DNA from: Candidatus Caldarchaeales archaeon
Lineage (GTDB): Archaea > Thermoproteota > Nitrososphaeria_A > Caldarchaeales > Wolframiiraptoraceae
NCBI GenBank assembly: GCA_039630055.1
Contig: JBCNVN010000011.1
Coordinates: forward strand, 1-41,117
DNA: 41,117 nucleotides
Direction of reading: 5' to 3'
Within the stretch, counting starts at the first letter, position 1; each line of letters begins with the position of its first letter. The position numbers and the translations under genes are program-made. Shown here one piece after another: positions 9,923 to 19,920 of the stretch. Below the pieces are notes generated by a model. It worked only from the letters and a program-made list of their open reading frames with translations, searched no databases and was not told the DNA's origin.

Positions 9923-10945
9923 TTATTTCTTCTCTGTAAAGTTCTTGTAACGTGCTCCTAGATTGAGTGTTGCCTCACAGAGGTCGAAGCTGTATTCTGC
10001 GATCCTGTATATGTCCCGGGCCAGCATGTAGACTGCAGCATTTGTTTCACGCTCGATCCCCTCTCTCTGGATAATGTTAACCAGCATCTGTTCTAGAGCC
10101 TCTATCCTCTTCATAACCTGATTGGCTTTCGATAAATCTGTCTCCAATAGTGCTTTTTTTGCCTCGGTGAAGAGGCTTCCAGCCTCGTATCCAGCTTTTA
10201 TGAGATCTGGGGGCGGCGTCTTGGTATTCCCATTTCTAATAAGGAAGTTAGCGATTGATGTTGCATGGTCAGCCGCCCTCTCAATCGTTTTAGCGACTAT
10301 GATGTAGGAGAGACAGTCTTGGAGATTTCTAATGCCGAGGGTGGCGAGCTTTCGTGGACTTGAGACACCTATATTAAGCTGTCTAACAACAAAATGGTAA
10401 AACCTGTCTACATCATAATCTCTCTCTACTATATCACGGGCCAGAACTTCATCATTGTTCTCTATCGCGTATAGTGCATCTCTCTGCATGCTTGCAGCAA
10501 GATCGGCCATCCTCTCGATTACTTTTATAGGCTGCAAGCTGTCATGTGTTGGCAGGCATTGTGTTACTATTCCATGAAAGCTTTCACTTACAATCTCGAC
10601 CCCTACCAGCCATCTCCTTATCATCTCTTTCAACTCTTTTGTACGTCTATAGCCTGTCTCGCCAAACTCAAGTCTGATGATATTGAACCCTGTAATGTAC
10701 ATCGAGATATATAGGCGGAGTACTTCTTCAGGTTCAGCATCGGCTAGAACTCTGATCGTACCCTCTCCATAAGATTCTTGTTCCTCATAAACGGTAGGCC
10801 AGAGGATAAGTTCGCCACCCGACTCCTCCATCAAGCAGATCTCATCATGAGGTTTTAACCCAACGCGTCTCACCCACTCTTGCGGTAGTGATACTATAAG
10901 GGTTGTTCCACCTGTCTTCTGAACTCTTCTTGAATAGATCTGCAT
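9923..10945 (-). CDS. Phosphate uptake regulator, AbrB-like N-terminus plus PhoU domain
   Basis: RRVQKTGGTTLIVSLPQEW (AbrB-like) and DVDRFY...IERAADHA (PhoU). Divergent from pstS. Confidence 0.92.
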   Translation of the reverse strand: MQIYSRRVQKTGGTTLIVSLPQEWVRRVGLKPHDEICLMEESGGELILWPTVYEEQESYGEGTIRVLADAEPEEVLRLYISMYITGFNIIRLEFGETGYRRTKELKEMIRRWLVGVEIVSESFHGIVTQCLPTHDSLQPIKVIERMADLAASMQRDALYAIENNDEVLARDIVERDYDVDRFYHFVVRQLNIGVSSPRKLATLGIRNLQDCLSYIIVAKTIERAADHATSIANFLIRNGNTKTPPPDLIKAGYEAGSLFTEAKKALLETDLSKANQVMKRIEALEQMLVNIIQREGIERETNAAVYMLARDIYRIAEYSFDLCEATLNLGARYKNFTEKK

Positions 10946-11082
10946 AGGCTAGTCCTCCATATATTTATCATCGAAACAAATATATAACTATATTTTTATA
11001 TATTTATCTATATAGAAGTATAAGATTAAAATATTGAATATAGATATACCTTAAATAATTGATAGATAAGCTAGAGTCTGAG

Positions 11083-12258
11083 ATGAACATAAGTACCAAG
11101 ATGGTGGGGTTAATCCTAGCGTTTCTAATAGTAGGCGGTGTAATCGGATATGTAGGTGGATGGCTCGCATCAAGTGCATCTACACCTCAGCCTACACCTA
11201 CAACAGTGACTAAAACACAAGTGGTAACCGAGAAGACAACCGTTACCCTAGGACAAGGACAGACAGCGGTACAAACCGTTGAGAAGACGAAGACCGTGAC
11301 TGAAAGGATTACGACAACTATAGGACCACAGACGCTGACACCTGTACAGCTCGCTGGCGATATAATCATCGACGGGTCGAGCACGGTCTATCCGATAACA
11401 GAGGCTGCAGCCGAAGAGTTTATGAAGCTTCACCCTAATGTCAAGATATCGGTTGGGATATCTGGTACGGGAGGCGGGTTTAAGAGGTTCGTAGTAGGTG
11501 AGACAGATATCAATGATGCTTCTAGACCTATAACGAAGAGTGAAGCCGAGACAGCGCAGAAGAATGGGATCGAGTGGATCGAGATCCCGATTGCGATAGA
11601 TGGTCTTGCAGTAGTTGTGAATAGACAGAATGACTGGGTCGACTGCCTAACGATCTCAGAGCTAAAAAAGATCTGGGAGCCGGATAGCAAAGTCTCGAAG
11701 TGGAGCGATATAAGACCTGGATGGCCATCGGCCCCGATAATCCTTTATGGTCCAGGGCCAGATTCTGGTACATTCGACTACTTCACAGAGAGGGTTGTTG
11801 GAAAAGCTAAGTCTAGTAGAACAGACTATGTGGCCTCTGAAGATGATAACGTTCTCGTAGCAGGTGTAGAGGCAGAGAAATACGCTCTCGGCTATTTTGG
11901 ATATGCATATTATCCCCATGCTGCTGATAGGATTAGGGTAGTCCCGATAAAAGATGACAAGATAGCGGGCGCCGAGTGTATAACGCCGACGGACGATACA
12001 GTGAGAACATACAAGTATCCTCTCTCGAGACCGCTGTTCATCTACGTGAACAAGAAGGCTTGGATGGAGAAGCCAGCACTCAGGGAATTCGTAATCTTCT
12101 ACGTAGAGAAAGGAGATAGTCTAGTTAGGAAAGTTGGATACACGACGCTTGCATCCGAATACTATGTGGTTGCAGCACATCTCCTGAGAGTAGGCTTTCT
12201 AGACAAGCTATACACGATATCAGCCGTTCCAGAGTGGAGGAATGCAGGACCCCGCTAA
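11083..12258 (+). CDS. pstS: Phosphate ABC transporter substrate-binding protein
   Basis: IDGSSTVYP, SGTGGGF, DSGTFDYF and YPLSRPLFIY motifs. N-terminal TM plus Thr-rich linker. ATG 11083 preferred over TTG 11059. Confidence 0.96.
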   Translation: MNISTKMVGLILAFLIVGGVIGYVGGWLASSASTPQPTPTTVTKTQVVTEKTTVTLGQGQTAVQTVEKTKTVTERITTTIGPQTLTPVQLAGDIIIDGSSTVYPITEAAAEEFMKLHPNVKISVGISGTGGGFKRFVVGETDINDASRPITKSEAETAQKNGIEWIEIPIAIDGLAVVVNRQNDWVDCLTISELKKIWEPDSKVSKWSDIRPGWPSAPIILYGPGPDSGTFDYFTERVVGKAKSSRTDYVASEDDNVLVAGVEAEKYALGYFGYAYYPHAADRIRVVPIKDDKIAGAECITPTDDTVRTYKYPLSRPLFIYVNKKAWMEKPALREFVIFYVEKGDSLVRKVGYTTLASEYYVVAAHLLRVGFLDKLYTISAVPEWRNAGPR

Positions 12259-12282
12259 AGTTGGATAATAGGTGCATAGGGT

Positions 12283-13206
12283 GTGGTCGTGACGGCTAGG
12301 ATAGAAGAACTGAAGAGGCATATAGAGAGGAGAAAAAATATCAACAGACTTTTTCATCTTCTTTTTCTTTCTGCCACATTGGTTTCTACTATTTCTCTGG
12401 TAGTAATCTTCGTCACACTCGGGTATGAGTCATTCAACTTCTTCACAGAAGTATCTATAATCGAGTTTCTCACCAATACTAAGTGGACCGTACTCTTCGC
12501 TGAGAAATATTTCGGTGTCCTCCCCCTTCTCAACGCAACATTATTAACATCTGCCATAGCCATATCCGTGGCCGCTCCACTCGGTGTAATGATAGCTCTA
12601 TTCCTCAGCGAGTATGCATCCCGAAATCTTCGATCAATTATTAAGCCTGTTGTAGAGACGCTTGCAGGGATACCGACCGTGGTATACGGATATTTTGCAC
12701 TCTACTTCGTTACGCCGAATATTTTGAGAAACTTGTGGGAAGGGCTTCAGATCCATAATGCTCTGGCCGTAGGGCTCATGATCGGGATCTTGATAATACC
12801 TATAGTGGCATCGATAAGCGATGATGCAATGAATGCTGTTCCACTAGACCTTAGATATGCAGCCTACGCTCTAGGATCTAGGAAATCTGACGTGGCCCTC
12901 CGTGTAGTTCTGCCTGCCGCCCTCTCAGGCGTCTCGGCCTCGATAATCTTGGCATTTGCTAGGGCCATGGGAGAGACTATGATCGCAGCGATAGCCGGCG
13001 GGTTTAGAAGTATACTAACCTTCAACATAGGGGAGGCTATGGAGACCATGACAGCATATATTGCCCAAGTGGCCACGGGTGATGCACCACATGGTACAAT
13101 AGAGTACCAGTCGCTCTTCGCGGTAGGCCTCTTTCTATTGATCATCACGGCTGCGTTAAACTATGTTGGGATAAAGGTGGTGAGGAGATGGGCTATCCGG
13201 TATTGA
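12283..13206 (+). CDS. pstC: Phosphate ABC transporter permease
   Basis: LAGIPTVVYG and ARAMGETM motifs; position in the pst operon. Confidence 0.95.
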   Translation: MVVTARIEELKRHIERRKNINRLFHLLFLSATLVSTISLVVIFVTLGYESFNFFTEVSIIEFLTNTKWTVLFAEKYFGVLPLLNATLLTSAIAISVAAPLGVMIALFLSEYASRNLRSIIKPVVETLAGIPTVVYGYFALYFVTPNILRNLWEGLQIHNALAVGLMIGILIIPIVASISDDAMNAVPLDLRYAAYALGSRKSDVALRVVLPAALSGVSASIILAFARAMGETMIAAIAGGFRSILTFNIGEAMETMTAYIAQVATGDAPHGTIEYQSLFAVGLFLLIITAALNYVGIKVVRRWAIRY

Positions 13207-14078
13207 TCGGGGCTCAGAGGTCTAGGATGAGGTTCAAGAAGATCTTTGACAAGCTTTTACCGGTGATCTTGAGTATCGCCGTTTTCATAGCTGTTTTAAC
13301 CGTCGTCGCCCTCCTACTCACAGTCATAATATCTGGAGGTCATAGGCTCTCTCTAAACCTAATCGTAAACTTTCCTTCAGCCAACCCAGATGAGGCAGGT
13401 ATGAGGTCTGCCATCCTCGGAAGCATATATACAGTAGGTTTATCTGCTCTAATCTGTATCCCTATCAGCATCGCTACATCTCTATATCTGGTCGAATATT
13501 CGAGGGGTGGAAGACTATCATCTATTCTCAGCTATAATATCTCGAATCTAGCAGGTGTTCCATCGATAATCTTCGGCGTTGTAGGGCTAGGATTCCTAGC
13601 TTACTGGCTCGGTATGGGGAGGACCATAATCACCGGTGCATTTACACTTGCGATCTTGATACTTCCCCTCGTAACGGTCACCTCTGTAGAAGCCTTGAAA
13701 ACCATCCCCGACGACTTGAGACAGGGAGCCTATGCTCTAGGTGCAACAACATTCCAAGTTGTAAGATACGTTGTTCTTCCCAGGGCTCTTCCCATGATGT
13801 TGACCGGTGGGATACTGGGGATAAGTAGAGCCTTAGGTGAAGCAGCTCCAATACTTGTTGTGAGCGGTCTGCTCTTCATCAGAGAGGATCCTACATCACT
13901 TTTCAGCAGGTTCACAGTTATGCCACTCCAGCTCTACAACTGGATCAGCCGACCTCAGCCAGCCTTCATAGAACTATCATCCGCTGGGATAATCGTACTC
14001 CTACTGATACTTTTGGCCCTTAACGGTGTGGTCATAGGTTTGAGACAGTTTCTTATAAGGAGGATGGGACAGCTTTGA
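13188..14078 (+). CDS. pstA: Phosphate ABC transporter permease
   Basis: [11 protein letters not shown] and RALGEAAP motifs. The true start may lie slightly downstream (e.g. TTG 13203 or ATG 13227). Confidence 0.95.
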   Translation: MGYPVLIGAQRSRMRFKKIFDKLLPVILSIAVFIAVLTVVALLLTVIISGGHRLSLNLIVNFPSANPDEAGMRSAILGSIYTVGLSALICIPISIATSLYLVEYSRGGRLSSILSYNISNLAGVPSIIFGVVGLGFLAYWLGMGRTIITGAFTLAILILPLVTVTSVEALKTIPDDLRQGAYALGATTFQVVRYVVLPRALPMMLTGGILGISRALGEAAPILVVSGLLFIREDPTSLFSRFTVMPLQLYNWISRPQPAFIELSSAGIIVLLLILLALNGVVIGLRQFLIRRMGQL

Positions 14079-14923
14079 CGATAAAGTCATATAATCAATT
14101 GTTGTTGGAATATCTGGAGTCGGATAAAGAGGAAATGTATGATTCATCCGAGCCTGAAGTTGTAAGAGTAGAGAATCTAAGAGTAACATACGGTAATAAG
14201 ATAGCTATTGACGAGATAAGCCTCTCGTTCAAGAGGCGGAACATAACAGCGATAATCGGACCTTCAGGATGCGGTAAATCAACTCTTCTCAGATCTATAA
14301 ACAGGTTGAACGACCTTATCCCCGGCGCCAAAGTCTACGGTAAAGTCTACTTTAATGGTATCGATATCTACTCTAAAGATGTAGACCCGGTCTTCGTCCG
14401 CTCTAGGATCTCGATGGTCTTCCAGAGACCTAACCCTTTCCCCTTCAGCATATTCAATAACGTCGCATTCGGCTTAAGGGTGAACGGCTTCAAACTTACA
14501 AAGGATGAGCTTTATAACAAGGTTAAGGATGCGCTGGTTAAGGCTGCTCTCTGGGATGAGGTCAAGGATAGACTTGACAGCCACGCATATAGTCTGTCAG
14601 GTGGACAGCAGCAGAGACTCTGTATAGCACGCTCTCTCGCAGTAGACCCAGAGGTCTTGCTTCTCGACGAGCCTACGGTCTCCCTCGACCCTATATCGAC
14701 CGCTAGAATCGAATCCCTCCTCAGATCGATTAAAGATGAATACACGATAATTATCGTGACGCATAATATGCTTCAAGCAGCCCGAGTCTCTGATTACACG
14801 GTTGTAATGATGCCTGATGACCATATGGTTGGGAAGATTATAGAGTATGGAACTACGAAGGATATCTTCACCAATCCCAGAGACAAGAGGACTGAGGACT
14901 ATATAAGCGGACGTATAGGGTGA
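14075..14923 (+). CDS. pstB: Phosphate ABC transporter ATP-binding protein
   Basis: [27 protein letters not shown] and [10 protein letters not shown] motifs. Confidence 0.97.
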   Translation: MTIKSYNQLLLEYLESDKEEMYDSSEPEVVRVENLRVTYGNKIAIDEISLSFKRRNITAIIGPSGCGKSTLLRSINRLNDLIPGAKVYGKVYFNGIDIYSKDVDPVFVRSRISMVFQRPNPFPFSIFNNVAFGLRVNGFKLTKDELYNKVKDALVKAALWDEVKDRLDSHAYSLSGGQQQRLCIARSLAVDPEVLLLDEPTVSLDPISTARIESLLRSIKDEYTIIIVTHNMLQAARVSDYTVVMMPDDHMVGKIIEYGTTKDIFTNPRDKRTEDYISGRIG

Positions 14924-15564
14924 GCCTATCTATGAGTAGGGTACTTGACATGGGGCTCCAGCTATTATCTAGACGTATAGAGGAGATGTTTAACTTAGGG
15001 ATAGAATCTTTCCATAAGAGTGTTGAAGGTCTACTCCATTATAGAGATGTAAAGAGAGAATTGTATGAGTATGCGAAGAAGCTTAGAGAGCTATATGAAG
15101 AGGTAAACGATGTAGCCATCGAGCTGATAGCAAGATATCAACCAGTCGCCAGAGATCTAAGATACATTAGATCCTGTATTAATGTCTCATACGATATTCT
15201 GAGATTGGGAAGATACGCGCTTGAGATTACTAGGAGTAGCCAGATGCTCGGCTCTCTTCTCGAATGTGACTTAACACCTATCTCTGAGGCTAGCGATATC
15301 ATAGGACAGATGCTAGAGAATAGCCTTAAAGCTCTCCAGAGACTTGATGTTGAGATGGCTCGAAAAGTCAAGGAGATGGATGAGAAGATAGATGAGATCT
15401 ATAGAGATAAGTTGAGAGCGATTACGCTTGAGAGAGATGGATCGAGAGAATGCGATGTGGCCATAGTTCTCACGCTCAGGAATCTTGAGAGGATCGCCGA
15501 CCATGCAACCTACATCTGCGACTCTATAGAATACATCGTCTCAGGACACGTTAAACATCGATGA
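14920..15564 (+). CDS. phoU: Phosphate signalling protein PhoU
   Basis: [11 protein letters not shown] and NLERIADHA motifs; last gene of the pst operon. Confidence 0.93.
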   Translation: MSLSMSRVLDMGLQLLSRRIEEMFNLGIESFHKSVEGLLHYRDVKRELYEYAKKLRELYEEVNDVAIELIARYQPVARDLRYIRSCINVSYDILRLGRYALEITRSSQMLGSLLECDLTPISEASDIIGQMLENSLKALQRLDVEMARKVKEMDEKIDEIYRDKLRAITLERDGSRECDVAIVLTLRNLERIADHATYICDSIEYIVSGHVKHR

Positions 15565-15699
15565 ACCCCTCTCATATTCAGTAACCCGATAATCAGAATA
15601 GTTATTTTACCGGGGTTCTAGTTTGGACGTTTTGAGGTTTGGTGGCTGGTTACCTAAATTTATCTTCGTCTTTGTACCGTGTGGGAAAGATTTGGTGGC

Positions 15700-17193
15700 T
15701 TATGCTTGTTTTTTCCTGTAGAGTATGATTGTGACGATTAGCGCTGTGATGAAGAGGGCGATGAGGTTGAAGCCCTTGAGTGGATGGCCTGCGAACCATA
15801 GGGACCCTATGCCGTTAGGTATGCCTAGCCATGCGAGGAATCTTCCAAGCATGTTGAATGTCGGAGCCATCGGTATCGTCATAGCAAATAGGTAGAGCAG
15901 CCCAGGCCTATTCGCGCCAAACAGCGCAGCACCGAATACGGAGAGTATGAGAAGCCAGGTTACTCCTACATGATACCAGCTTGTCGGGCTTAGGTGGGCG
16001 TTCTCAAGCCCCCGCGGTGTCCCCTTCACAGACGCCGTGCCTAGGTATGTCGCTGGATACGGCCCTGGGTAAGACGCCCCTTCAGGTTGTTTGTAGGTTA
16101 CCGTGATGAAGGGGCTTGTATTCCATGTTAGTGCGATGTAGGCTCCTACCGCTATCAAGATTGCTAAGCCTGTGAAGCAGACTGTTAGGGCTATCCTATA
16201 AGCGGTTGAGTGGCCCTCTCCTGACATCCGCCCCTCTACCGAGCTGTGAGAATAGATGCCTAGGGCTGAGGGAATGGCGAGAAGTATCAGAAGATAGTAG
16301 ATTCCTGCAGGCACTACCCAGACGACGCTTGGAAGTTGGGCGAGGTTGAAGACCAGCAGGCCGACAACCGTCAGCGGAAGGCTAATCTGCATCAACCGGT
16401 ATGCGAGATTCTGAATCCTGGGTCTTACACGTAGAACACTCATCATGATGAGTATTAGCATGCTGCTCGTGGATAGGAGGGCTGCGTGGTCGTGTAGCTG
16501 GACTAATGCTGCAGGCGATATAGGTTGATGGACTAGTTTGAAGACGGCGTTAATTGCGAAGCCCACTATGACCGAAAAGGCTATGACGAGCGTCGGTATC
16601 AGGAATATTCTACGCGGTACCTCGACCTCGGAGAGAAGCTCGAGCCTCGACTTTGGCTGAGGCTCCCTAGCAGTTATCAGTGGAATGTTTATCCCCGCCG
16701 CTGAGAGGCCGACGATTCCCAGTCCAACGAAGCCGAGAAGCTCGAGCACGGCGGCTACGAGGCCGACTAGTGGTAGCTCATAGTATGTTCCCGGAGTCGT
16801 ATAGGACTCAAACCTCCAGATTGCGGGGCCTCCTATCTCGTAATACGTGGCCAGTACACCGACCCATAAAGTCGGGCCCACAAATGTGCCTGCGATGATT
16901 AACTTCTTCGCCCACGATTTGAGTTGAAGGTCTGGAAGCACCAGCGCAGCTATGAGTATGAGGACTGACCACCAAGCGGAATGGGCATGACCCAGTTTCT
17001 CCCACTCCGGCACTGGACGACCCCATGCTGCAGCCGTCCATATTCCCAGCATCCCGACAAATGTTCCAGTCGCGATGGCTATGGTGGCGGCGATAAACAT
17101 TGGGAGGTTGAGGCCAAGCCTTATCGTCTCCTTCAAGACCCTCCCCACAAAGCTACTTCTCTTTTCCACCTTATAAAAAGTTAGTATCGACAC
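15700..17193 (-). CDS. Multi-pass (~12 TM) membrane protein with three His-bearing repeats, possibly heme/metal-binding
   Basis: Long hydrophobic ORF with GHAH, LHDH and AHLS..WYH motifs. The start is uncertain; TTG 17136 after GGGGAGGG is plausible. Confidence 0.8.
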   Translation of the reverse strand: MSILTFYKVEKRSSFVGRVLKETIRLGLNLPMFIAATIAIATGTFVGMLGIWTAAAWGRPVPEWEKLGHAHSAWWSVLILIAALVLPDLQLKSWAKKLIIAGTFVGPTLWVGVLATYYEIGGPAIWRFESYTTPGTYYELPLVGLVAAVLELLGFVGLGIVGLSAAGINIPLITAREPQPKSRLELLSEVEVPRRIFLIPTLVIAFSVIVGFAINAVFKLVHQPISPAALVQLHDHAALLSTSSMLILIMMSVLRVRPRIQNLAYRLMQISLPLTVVGLLVFNLAQLPSVVWVVPAGIYYLLILLAIPSALGIYSHSSVEGRMSGEGHSTAYRIALTVCFTGLAILIAVGAYIALTWNTSPFITVTYKQPEGASYPGPYPATYLGTASVKGTPRGLENAHLSPTSWYHVGVTWLLILSVFGAALFGANRPGLLYLFAMTIPMAPTFNMLGRFLAWLGIPNGIGSLWFAGHPLKGFNLIALFITALIVTIILYRKKQA

Positions 17194-17523
17194 CTGATTG
17201 CGTATCTAAGATCTACAGAATCATGAAAACATATTATTCGTTGATCTGGTATTTCTTCTGCCTCGAGGATTTATGGCACTAATTACGAAGTTTTGGGGTT
17301 TAATAGAGTTTTATGAACTTGATGCCAAAACCCCATAGTTTTCGTCGGAGTTGGTTCTGAGCAAATATGTGAAGATCACCTCGACAAACCACTCCCTAAG
17401 ACGAGTAGGCTGGAACACGCCTGAAACGAAGAGAGAAGCTGTAGACACGGCCCCTGTATAATATAAATTAATCAAAATTATAATACTATGATCAAAATCC
17501 AGTTTCTGAAGTTTAAGTAGATG

Positions 17524-17617
17524 TGCTCCGGCCGGGATTTGAACCCGGGTCTCGGGCTCGAGAGGCCCGCATACTTGACCTGGCTATACTCGGTGCTTTT
17601 CTAAGCTCTACCGGAGC
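17524..17617 (-). tRNA. tRNA-Glu(CUC) with a 19-nt intron (17589-17607) at position 10/11; CCA not encoded
   Basis: Acceptor GCTCCGG/CCGGAGC-A, anticodon arm CGGGC-CTCTCGA-GCCCG, T arm CCGGG-TTCAAAT-CCCGG. The D stem GTAT/GTAT is restored only after removing AGCTTAGAAAAGCACCGAG. Confidence 0.95.
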
Positions 17618-17768
17618 CTCCCATCCGGAGCAATATTAAATTGTGCATGGCTCCATGAATACTCTTCGCTGGTCTAGATGAAGCCTTTGAGAAGGCATAA
17701 ATACTACCTTTACCTATTACTAGAAATTCTCTTTTTATGGATGTAATGTTATCTGGTCTGAAAGATTC

Positions 17769-19001
17769 TTAGACTGAGACTATCTTCTTAAGCTCTAGAA
17801 CTATATTTTGAAGGTCTGGCTCGGTCTCTAAGATTGTAAATGGTTTAAAAAGGTTTGGGTCAGGATCTTTGAGTAAATGTCCAGTACATATACATACAAC
17901 CTTTTCATCTTTGTCTATTGTACCATTCTCGATCAGCTTCTTTACCCCTGCTACAGATGCGGCTGATGCAGGCTCGACACCCAGACCCTCAAGCCTAGCT
18001 ATGGCCTTCTGAGCCTCTACTATCTCTCTATCAGAGACTATCTCGACGCCTCCCCCCGATTCTCTAATAGCTCTCAAAGCCTTCTTCCAGTTCACAGGTC
18101 TACCTATCCTTATAGCTGAAGCAATAGTCTTAGGATTCTCTACTGGCTCAAGCTTCTCACCATCGTCTCTGATCATCTTTGCGAATGGTGATGCACCCTC
18201 AGCTTGTACTCCGAACATTCTCGGCGACCAGTCTATCAAGCCTAGATGTTTAAGCTCGCTGAACCCTTTCCATATTGCTGCTATATTTCCACAGTTACCT
18301 ACGGGTACCGAGACAATGTATTCTCCATCCATCTCTTCAGCCAGCTCATATCCTAGAGTCTTCTGTCCTTCAAGCCTCCAAGCATTGATAGAGTTAAGAA
18401 CGTAGAAACCGAGCTCTCCCACGACCGACATAACAATCTCCAATGCTTGATCAAAACTTCCCTTGATCTTGACTAGGATAGCTCCATGGGCGATAGCTTG
18501 AAAGATCTTTCCAAGGGCGGCGCCCTCTGGCACCAATGTTATACAGGGTAGGCCTGCTCTAGCAGCATAAGCCGCTAGGGAGGCTGCGGTATTTCCAGTA
18601 GATGCACAGATAACTCCCTTCGCACCAAGTTCTACCGCTTTTGTTACCGCTACTGTCATGCCTCTATCCTTAAAGCTTCCAGTCGGATTAGCCCCCTCAA
18701 ATTTTAGGTAGATCTCTTCTACACCAGCCCACTCACTGAGACGTCTACAATCTATCAATGGCGTTCCACCTTCTCTGAGCGTTACCCTCTTAGAGAAGTC
18801 TACCGGTATCAGTTCACGATATCTCCAAACACCTTTAGATCTATCCTTGAATATGCTCCAACTCTGTACCTCTACCTTATCCAAATCTAGTACTATGTCT
18901 ATAAGATCTCCGCACTTCTCACATGTATACCCTCTATAATCAAGAGGATAAATACTACGGCAGTTAATACATTGAAGCCATGCATCTACTACCTGCTTCA
19001 A
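17769..19001 (-). CDS. thrC: Threonine synthase
   Basis: NPTGSFKDRG PLP-Lys motif, ASTGNT, PVGNCGN and EPASA; N-terminal CxxC...CxxC. Confidence 0.93.
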   Translation of the reverse strand: MKQVVDAWLQCINCRSIYPLDYRGYTCEKCGDLIDIVLDLDKVEVQSWSIFKDRSKGVWRYRELIPVDFSKRVTLREGGTPLIDCRRLSEWAGVEEIYLKFEGANPTGSFKDRGMTVAVTKAVELGAKGVICASTGNTAASLAAYAARAGLPCITLVPEGAALGKIFQAIAHGAILVKIKGSFDQALEIVMSVVGELGFYVLNSINAWRLEGQKTLGYELAEEMDGEYIVSVPVGNCGNIAAIWKGFSELKHLGLIDWSPRMFGVQAEGASPFAKMIRDDGEKLEPVENPKTIASAIRIGRPVNWKKALRAIRESGGGVEIVSDREIVEAQKAIARLEGLGVEPASAASVAGVKKLIENGTIDKDEKVVCICTGHLLKDPDPNLFKPFTILETEPDLQNIVLELKKIVSV

Positions 19002-19146
19002 AGCTCAGCCATGAAATAGATAATCCCCTATTTAACGATCTACACCAATATATTCATACAACTATATTCCTATAATAGTGTCTAGAAAGTAGAACGAGGC
19101 GTAACACTTAATAGAAATAATAGGGGCTTAAACTACCATATACTCG

Positions 19147-19908
19147 ATGAAGTTGAGAAGCGTAGTATTCGCAGCATCCACCGCCGCCCTGATCGTGGCT
19201 TTAGCCTTGCTCTCCAACGCTCTAATAACCTCGGGCAGTCAAGTTACAACGACGCAGACAGTTGAAGACTCCTCCTCAAAGACTACTCTGACAATAACTG
19301 GATACGGCTCTATAAGATACTCTCCAGATATGTTCGATATAACTCTAATCATGATCGGTCAAGATGAGTCAGCTCAGGAGGCTTTCGCAGAGTGTAATCA
19401 GAAGGTCACCGCGGTAATCGATGCACTGAAATCTCTAGGGATAACTGAAGAATACATGGAGACAAGATATGTATATCTGAATCCGCTATATGACTGGGAG
19501 CAGAAGCCTCCGAGAATAATAGGGTATGAAGCACAGTATGTATTAGGAGTAAAGATTAGAGATGCAGACAAGGTAGGTAGAGCCATAGATGAAGCGGTAA
19601 GAGCAGGTGCAGACAGACTTGATGGAATAGTGTATACCCTATCCCCTGGGAAGACGAATGAATTAAAGAATAATGCAATTAAAGCTGCAATAGAAGATGC
19701 TAAGACTAAAGCTAGCTTAATAGCTGAGACACTTGGATTAGAGGTTATAGGTATAGAATCTGTAGAAATATCTGAATTCATCCCTACACCGCCAATAGTA
19801 TATAGATATGATACAGCTGTAGCACAGCCATCGATACCGATCATTCCAGGAGAAGGAGAAGTAACAGCAACCGTAACGATAGTCTTCAGACTGGGGCCGG
19901 CGGCATAA
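19147..19908 (+). CDS. SIMPL (DUF541/YggE) domain exported protein
   Basis: Signal peptide, TLTITGYG...PD, AIEDAKTKA..IA..LG and PGEGEVTATVTIVF motifs. Confidence 0.9.
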   Translation: MKLRSVVFAASTAALIVALALLSNALITSGSQVTTTQTVEDSSSKTTLTITGYGSIRYSPDMFDITLIMIGQDESAQEAFAECNQKVTAVIDALKSLGITEEYMETRYVYLNPLYDWEQKPPRIIGYEAQYVLGVKIRDADKVGRAIDEAVRAGADRLDGIVYTLSPGKTNELKNNAIKAAIEDAKTKASLIAETLGLEVIGIESVEISEFIPTPPIVYRYDTAVAQPSIPIIPGEGEVTATVTIVFRLGPAA

Positions 19909-19920
19909 AACCCTACACCC

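Noticed and set aside
11170-11345. Repetitive ACN-rich stretch
   Set aside because: It encodes the ordinary Thr-rich linker of the archaeal PstS; it is not a DNA repeat element.
17396-17430. Hammerhead-ribozyme-like GACGA-stem-GAAAC
   Set aside because: It lacks the CUGANGA core and proper stem II closure, and stems I and III were not found.
15565-17523. Integrated element with att site at tRNA-Glu
   Set aside because: No duplicate of the tRNA 3' end and no integrase were seen in the window.
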